Origin: an uncultured Gemmatimonadales bacterium
GTDB taxonomy: Bacteria; Gemmatimonadota; Gemmatimonadetes; Gemmatimonadales; GWC2-71-9
Direction: 5' to 3'
DNA: 64,000 bases
NCBI GenBank assembly: GCA_963748815.1
Contig: CAVVKJ010000010.1
Coordinates: forward strand, 768,001 to 832,000
Numbering within the stretch: position 1 is the first letter of the stretch; each line of letters begins with the position of its first letter. The position numbers and the translations under genes were made by a program. Below, piece by piece: positions 59,308-64,000 of the stretch. The notes beneath the pieces are model-generated. The model ran no database searches. It was given only the letters and a program-made list of their open reading frames with translations, and was not told where the DNA came from.

Positions 59308-61349
59308 GCGAGGCCCGCCGCGCTGCGCACGTCGTGCAAGGCGCTCCGCGCCGCGAGGTCCATGACCACCTGCGCCTCGGGGTGGCGCGACCAGCCGGCG
59401 GCGATGCCCCGGAGGGCCGCCAGCATCTCCGGCGACGGCTGGTTCAGCCGGGTGCGCCGCCACCACTTCTTCTTGGCGAGGACCTGCTGCAGCAGGAGGT
59501 CGCGCGCGCGCCGGCTGCGGAGGGTGCCGAAGACCCGGATGGCCAGCACGCGCACCTCCCCGTCGTCGTGGTCGAGCAGCTTGGCGAGCAACGGCTCGGC
59601 GGCGGGCGGGCAGGTCTCGAGCGCCGCCGCAAGCCCCATGCGGAGCAGCGCGTCGTCCTCGTCGCCAAGACTGAGCACCACCCCCTGCGGCCGCAGCTCG
59701 GGGCGCTGGGTGCCCATGAGCATGAGCTTGATCGCCTCACGGCGCACCCGCGGGTCGGTGGCGGTGGCGTACGCTTCCGGATCGAACTTGGCCGGCCACT
59801 CCGGCAGGGCGCCGAGCACGATGAGGATGTTCCGCTGCACGAACCACTCGGCATCCTCCAGCCGGGCCACTGCCGGCGGCCCGACCGCCCCGCCAAGCGA
59901 GGTGAGCGCGTTGAGCAGGCGGTGCCGCATGGTCCGGGAGTCGGTGGTGGCCAGCGCGTCCAGCATCGGGCCGATGGCGAACTTCCCGACCTTGTCGAGG
60001 ATCTTCTCGACCGCGTCGAGGTGCGCGTCGCCGTGCTCGAGGATCCCGGCCATCAGGGCCGGGTCGGCCAGCTTCACCCAGATCGTCTCCGCCGCCATCG
60101 AGTCCGACGGCGCGTTCTCCAGCGAGTCCACGAGCTCGTCCAGCCGGCCGCTTTCGATCACCTTGGTCAGGGAGGTCCAGACCGCCTCGCCGACGATGTC
60201 CAGCTCGAGCGCCATCTGGAGGATGCGGGGCGCCTCGGCGAGGTGGTCCGTCTCCTGGGCCGCGACCGGCGCGGCCTCGTTGGGCAGGGAAAGCTGGTCC
60301 AGCACCGCCGTGTAGGCGTCGGGGTTGGGATCGGTGAGGGTCCAGTCGTTGAGCAGGTCGTTGACGGCGTTGCGAAAGGTCTCGTCGGCGTGGGCCCGCA
60401 CCGTGGTCTGCCCCTGGTCGGCGTGGTCGGCCAGCTTGGTCAGCATCCGGAGCAGCGAGTGTGAAATCGTCTGCTGCTGGGCGGAGGCCGCGGCCTGCAC
60501 CAGGTCGAGAACCGCCTTGACGGGGAGGCTGGACGCGAAGTCGGCGACGAAGTTTTCCCGACTCGCCAGGTCGCCACCGACGGTCAGGAGGCGGGTGACC
60601 GTCTCCTGGTCGAGCGAGGAGAGCAGCTGGGAGACGCGGCTCTGCAACTGGGCGTACGACTCCCCCTCCCGCATCCGGAGCTCCCGCCCCAGTTCCTGCA
60701 GGTAGCCGACGATGATCTGGTCGTAGGCCTTGTCTTCCTTGTGGGTGTTGATGGCGCTGGCGATCTGGCTGGGGTCCTGCTCCACCGTATCCCCCGCACG
60801 GCCCTTGCGCAGCGCCGCCGAGGCGAGGCCGAGCCAGAGCTGCGAGGAACGCCCCTGGTCGGCACCCTCCGGGGTGGCGCCGCCGATCTGCAGATGCTCG
60901 AAGGTGAACGGCACGATCTCGATGTTGGGCCACCGGTCGAGCTCCTCGGCCGGACGCAGGCCGAACGGCATCTCCTGGCGGTTCGCCTCGGCGCTCACGG
61001 TCTGCAGGAATTCGAGCGTCTCCTCCGGCGAGACCTCCTTCCGGAACTTGACCACCCCGATCTGGTGGCGGTGGAGCCGCTGGGCGAGCTCGCGGAGTAC
61101 GGCGTTGTCGGTGTCGGTGGCCGCCCCCTCGACGATCAGCTGGTCCCGGGCAATGCCGATGGCAAGCGCGTCGCGGCTGCTCATCAGCGCCGACAGCCCG
61201 CTGAACACCGCGCTGGCGGCGTGCTCGATGACCGGATGGCCCTTGGGATAGGTGCCGTACTTGTGGAGGCCCACGGACAGCTGGATGAGAAACACCGACA
61301 GCTCGCGCGAAAGCGTCTTGCTCTCGGCTGGGCGGTCGGCTTGGGTCAC
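59304..61349 (-). CDS. HEAT-repeat protein
   Basis: C-terminal RLEDAEWFVQRNILIVLG, DPRVRREAIKL, DDGEVRVLAIRVFG repeats; stop overlaps HD-GYP start. Confidence 0.82.
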   Translation of the reverse strand: MTQADRPAESKTLSRELSVFLIQLSVGLHKYGTYPKGHPVIEHAASAVFSGLSALMSSRDALAIGIARDQLIVEGAATDTDNAVLRELAQRLHRHQIGVVKFRKEVSPEETLEFLQTVSAEANRQEMPFGLRPAEELDRWPNIEIVPFTFEHLQIGGATPEGADQGRSSQLWLGLASAALRKGRAGDTVEQDPSQIASAINTHKEDKAYDQIIVGYLQELGRELRMREGESYAQLQSRVSQLLSSLDQETVTRLLTVGGDLASRENFVADFASSLPVKAVLDLVQAAASAQQQTISHSLLRMLTKLADHADQGQTTVRAHADETFRNAVNDLLNDWTLTDPNPDAYTAVLDQLSLPNEAAPVAAQETDHLAEAPRILQMALELDIVGEAVWTSLTKVIESGRLDELVDSLENAPSDSMAAETIWVKLADPALMAGILEHGDAHLDAVEKILDKVGKFAIGPMLDALATTDSRTMRHRLLNALTSLGGAVGPPAVARLEDAEWFVQRNILIVLGALPEWPAKFDPEAYATATDPRVRREAIKLMLMGTQRPELRPQGVVLSLGDEDDALLRMGLAAALETCPPAAEPLLAKLLDHDDGEVRVLAIRVFGTLRSRRARDLLLQQVLAKKKWWRRTRLNQPSPEMLAALRGIAAGWSRHPEAQVVMDLAARSALHDVRSAAGLA

Positions 61350-61397
61350 GGAGGCCTGCCTTTGGGTAAGGGAGGAACTCTCCTAAGGTAGGCAATG

Positions 61398-61430
61398 GCG
61401 GGGAAGCGGGGAAGCGGGGGCCGAAGCGGG
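61398..61430. repeat. GCGGGGAA octamer tandem repeat (~3 units)
   Basis: gcggggaa gcggggaa gcgggggc cgaagcggg. Confidence 0.75.
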
Positions 61431-61437
61431 ATGGTTC

Positions 61438-61503
61438 GTCACCCCCGCGAACGCGGGGGTCCAGGCGTGTATCGACCTGGATTCCCGCTTGCGCGGGAAT
61501 GAC
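61438..61503. repeat. REP-like double-hairpin palindromic element
   Basis: GTCACCCCCGCGAACGCGGGGGTCCAGG ... CCTGGATTCCCGCTTGCGCGGGAATGAC. Confidence 0.8.
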
Positions 61504-61518
61504 GACCTACCGCCCCCC

Positions 61519-61857
61519 TTACGCGGCCTGCACCGACCCGACCACTTTGGCAGGCGGAAGCCCCATGAACTCGTTCCACCCCGCCTCGACCGCCGCGACG
61601 TTGGCAATCCCGCGCTTCCGCATCCACCAGCCGAGGATCAGGAGTGGAATGCCAATGAACGCCAACAGGATGAGGGCCGTGCATCCGGCGCCCATGACCA
61701 TGATGTAGACGCCCGCGTGTTTTGGGAACTTGGCGATGGTCATGATCTTGCTCTTGGCATTGTGCAGCACGTCCGGGTCCCTGGAGCCGACCGCCTTGAG
61801 TTCGCCGATGACCATCTGCTTGTCCAGCTTGAGGAAGGGGCTGCGCTCGAGTGCCAT
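61519..61857 (-). CDS. Hypothetical two-TM membrane protein
   Basis: GGAGG RBS; hydrophobic hairpin IMVMGAGCTALILLAFIGIPLLILGWW. Confidence 0.7.
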   Translation of the reverse strand: MALERSPFLKLDKQMVIGELKAVGSRDPDVLHNAKSKIMTIAKFPKHAGVYIMVMGAGCTALILLAFIGIPLLILGWWMRKRGIANVAAVEAGWNEFMGLPPAKVVGSVQAA

Positions 61858-61970
61858 GGGGAAACCTCCTGGGGGACTGTGGGGGGACGATTGACAAGCG
61901 GTCGCCCGGCGGTAGCATTGCCGAGTCCTGCTCTCCCCTTCCCTTGCGCAGCCCGCGAGGAAAAACCGTC

Positions 61971-62549
61971 ATGGCCGATCGCGCCCCCCTCGCGGTGCCG
62001 GACTCCGACGAGCCTGCGGTATTGGTGCCCCCCGGCGACCGGGAGGCGCTGGACCGACTCTTTGCCGTCACCTACGAGGAGCTGCGCCGGCTGGCCGCCA
62101 CCGTCCGTCAGGGCGATCCCGGCCTCACCCTGAGCCCCACGGCCCTGGTCAACGAGGCGTGGATCAAGCTCGCCAGCTCACCGCCGCAGGTGCCCCTCAG
62201 CCGCCTCCATTTCACCCGAATCGCCGCCCGGGCCATGCGGCAGGTCCTGATCGAGGCCGCCCGGAAGCGGAACGCCCTGAAGCGAGGGGACGGCCGGGCC
62301 ATGGTGACCTTCGACGAGGAGCTGGACGCCCCGTCCGCGGGCGCCGACGACCTCCTGGCCCTGGATGCCGCCCTCGACGACCTGGCCCGGGTCAGCCCCC
62401 GCCAGGCGATGATGGTCGAGTATCGCTTCTTCGGGGGACTCGACGCGGCCGAGACGGCGGCCCTGCTGGAGGTGTCCGAGGCGACGATCCTGCGGGACTG
62501 GCGCGCGGCGAAGGCCTGGCTGGCGGCGGAACTGACCCGGCCCGGCTGA
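61971..62549 (+). CDS. ECF-type sigma factor of the kinase-associated (TIGR02999-like) type
   Basis: YEELRRLA, TLSPTALVNEAWIKL, AMRQVLIEAAR, VEYRFFGGL, RDWRAAKAWL. Confidence 0.92.
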   Translation: MADRAPLAVPDSDEPAVLVPPGDREALDRLFAVTYEELRRLAATVRQGDPGLTLSPTALVNEAWIKLASSPPQVPLSRLHFTRIAARAMRQVLIEAARKRNALKRGDGRAMVTFDEELDAPSAGADDLLALDAALDDLARVSPRQAMMVEYRFFGGLDAAETAALLEVSEATILRDWRAAKAWLAAELTRPG

Positions 62550-62552
62550 CCG

Positions 62553-64000
62553 ATGGACGCCCGGCGCTGGGAGCGGACGCAGCAGCTCTTTCATGAGGCG
62601 CTCGGGCTCCCCCCGGAGGCGCGGTCGGCGTTCCTTGCCAGGGAATGCGGCGAGGACGCCGGTCTCCTGGCCGATGTGCGCCGGATGCTCGACGCCGACG
62701 CCGCCGGGACGTCGCCACTGGATGGCAGTCTGGCCGGCGTGGCCGAGCGGGTCTTCCGGGTCGACACCGCCGAGCTCCCCCTGACCGACTTCGGCCCCTA
62801 CCGGATCACGAAGCTGCTGGGCGAAGGGGGGATGGGGGTCGTCTACCTGGCCCGGCGCAGCGACCTCGGCAGCGTCGCCGCCCTCAAGCTCCTCCGTGAC
62901 GCCTGGCTCTCCCCCGCGCGCCGGGAGCGGTTCGCCGCGGAGCAGCGCACCCTGGCGCAACTGCATCACCCCTCCATCGCACAATTGCACGACGCCGACA
63001 CCCTCCCCGACGGCACCCCGTGGTTCGTCATGGAATACGTCGAGGGGGTCCCCCTCACGGACTATTGCCGGGTGCATGGGACGAGCATCGAGGGCCGGCT
63101 GGAGCTCTTTCGCGCCGTCTGCCAGGCGGTGCAGTATGCGCACGGCCATGCCGTCATCCACCGCGACCTCAAGCCGTCGAATATTCTGGTGACCGCCGAC
63201 GGGACGGTGAAGCTGCTCGACTTCGGCATCGCCAAGCATCTCGAAGGCGATGACACCGCCGTGGACCAGACCCGGACCGGGCTTCGGATGATGACCCCCG
63301 CGTACGCCGCCCCGGAACAGATCCGGGGGGAGCGGGTGGGCATCCAGAGCGACGTCTACTCCCTCGGCGTGATCCTCTACGAATTGCTGACGGACCAACC
63401 GCCATTCGACCTGGCCAACAAGACACCCGCCGAGGCGATGTCGATCGTGGTGGCCCAGGAACCCGAGAAGCCGTCCGTCGTCGCGCGGCGCCCGTCGACC
63501 ACGCCGACCATTCGTCCGAGGGCCAGCGCGACGGGGCACACCTCGTGGACCGACCTCGACGTGCTCTGCCTGACCGCGATGCACAAGGAGATGGGCCGGC
63601 GGTACCAGACGGTCGAGGCGCTGGTGCGGGACCTCGACCACTACCTCGAGGGTGAACCGCTGGAGGCGCGGCCCGACACCGTGCGCTACCGGATGGGGAA
63701 ATTCGTCCGGCGGCACCGGGCGGGGGTGGCCGCCGCGCTGGCGGTGAGCGTGGTGCTGCTGGCGACGGTCGTGTTCTACACCGCCCGGCTCGCCCGGGCC
63801 CGCAACCAGGCGGTGGCCGAGGCGGCGCGCACCGCGCGCATCCAGCAGTACCTGGTCGCACTCTTCCAGGGGGGCGACGAGGCGGTCGGCCCGGCGGACA
63901 GCCTGCGGGTGGTGACGCTGGTGGACCGCGGCATTGCCAAGGCGCGCGACCTCGAGGGGGACCCGGTGCTGCAGGCCGAGCTCTACCAGACGCTCGGCAC
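62553..64000 (+). CDS. Membrane Ser/Thr protein kinase (Hanks type), 3' end beyond window
   Basis: Manual translation: LGEGGMGVVY, ALK, HRDLKPSN, DFG, TPAYAAPEQ, DVYSLG, then TM helix. Confidence 0.93.
   Translation, partial: MDARRWERTQQLFHEALGLPPEARSAFLARECGEDAGLLADVRRMLDADAAGTSPLDGSLAGVAERVFRVDTAELPLTDFGPYRITKLLGEGGMGVVYLARRSDLGSVAALKLLRDAWLSPARRERFAAEQRTLAQLHHPSIAQLHDADTLPDGTPWFVMEYVEGVPLTDYCRVHGTSIEGRLELFRAVCQAVQYAHGHAVIHRDLKPSNILVTADGTVKLLDFGIAKHLEGDDTAVDQTRTGLRMMTPAYAAPEQIRGERVGIQSDVYSLGVILYELLTDQPPFDLANKTPAEAMSIVVAQEPEKPSVVARRPSTTPTIRPRASATGHTSWTDLDVLCLTAMHKEMGRRYQTVEALVRDLDHYLEGEPLEARPDTVRYRMGKFVRRHRAGVAAALAVSVVLLATVVFYTARLARARNQAVAEAARTARIQQYLVALFQGGDEAVGPADSLRVVTLVDRGIAKARDLEGDPVLQAELYQTLG

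Overview
High-GC bacterial chromosomal segment. Gene content (dnaX-ybaB-recR-mglB-mglA-pgsA-cinA cluster, bshB1-iscS-mnmA, ECF sigma plus Ser/Thr kinase) suggests Gemmatimonadota, which is an inference. Left to right: a large NtrY-type histidine kinase running off the left edge; creatininase-like gene; a TolC/MacA/ATPase efflux operon with four MacB-type permeases; bshB1, iscS, mnmA, S9 peptidase, ppk1; a minus-strand block dnaJ, grpE, cinA, pgsA, mglA, mglB, recR, ybaB, dnaX and SRP RNA; a five-gene chaperone-usher-like fimbrial operon behind a sigma54-type promoter; yihY, ytxH, fba, pgi, MBL hydrolase, pyk; a ~640 bp non-coding, DnaA-box-rich, AT-rich region (candidate oriC, no dnaA nearby); redox genes, ispG, a K+ channel/antiporter cluster, small accessory genes, a HEAT-repeat + HD-GYP pair, and an ECF sigma + Ser/Thr kinase running off the right edge. 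Many genes carry 1-nt frameshifts, densest at 5.6-10.1 kb, most likely long-read assembly errors. Best candidates for something new: the atypical fimbrial system whose usher-like protein has an N-terminal membrane anchor and long Pro-rich linker, the HEAT/HD-GYP pair sharing an N-terminal domain, the orphan oriC candidate, and a dispersed GCGGGGNN octamer repeat family abutting -10 boxes. No CRISPR, rRNA, tRNA or transposase was seen. All family assignments are from motif recognition by eye, not database searches.
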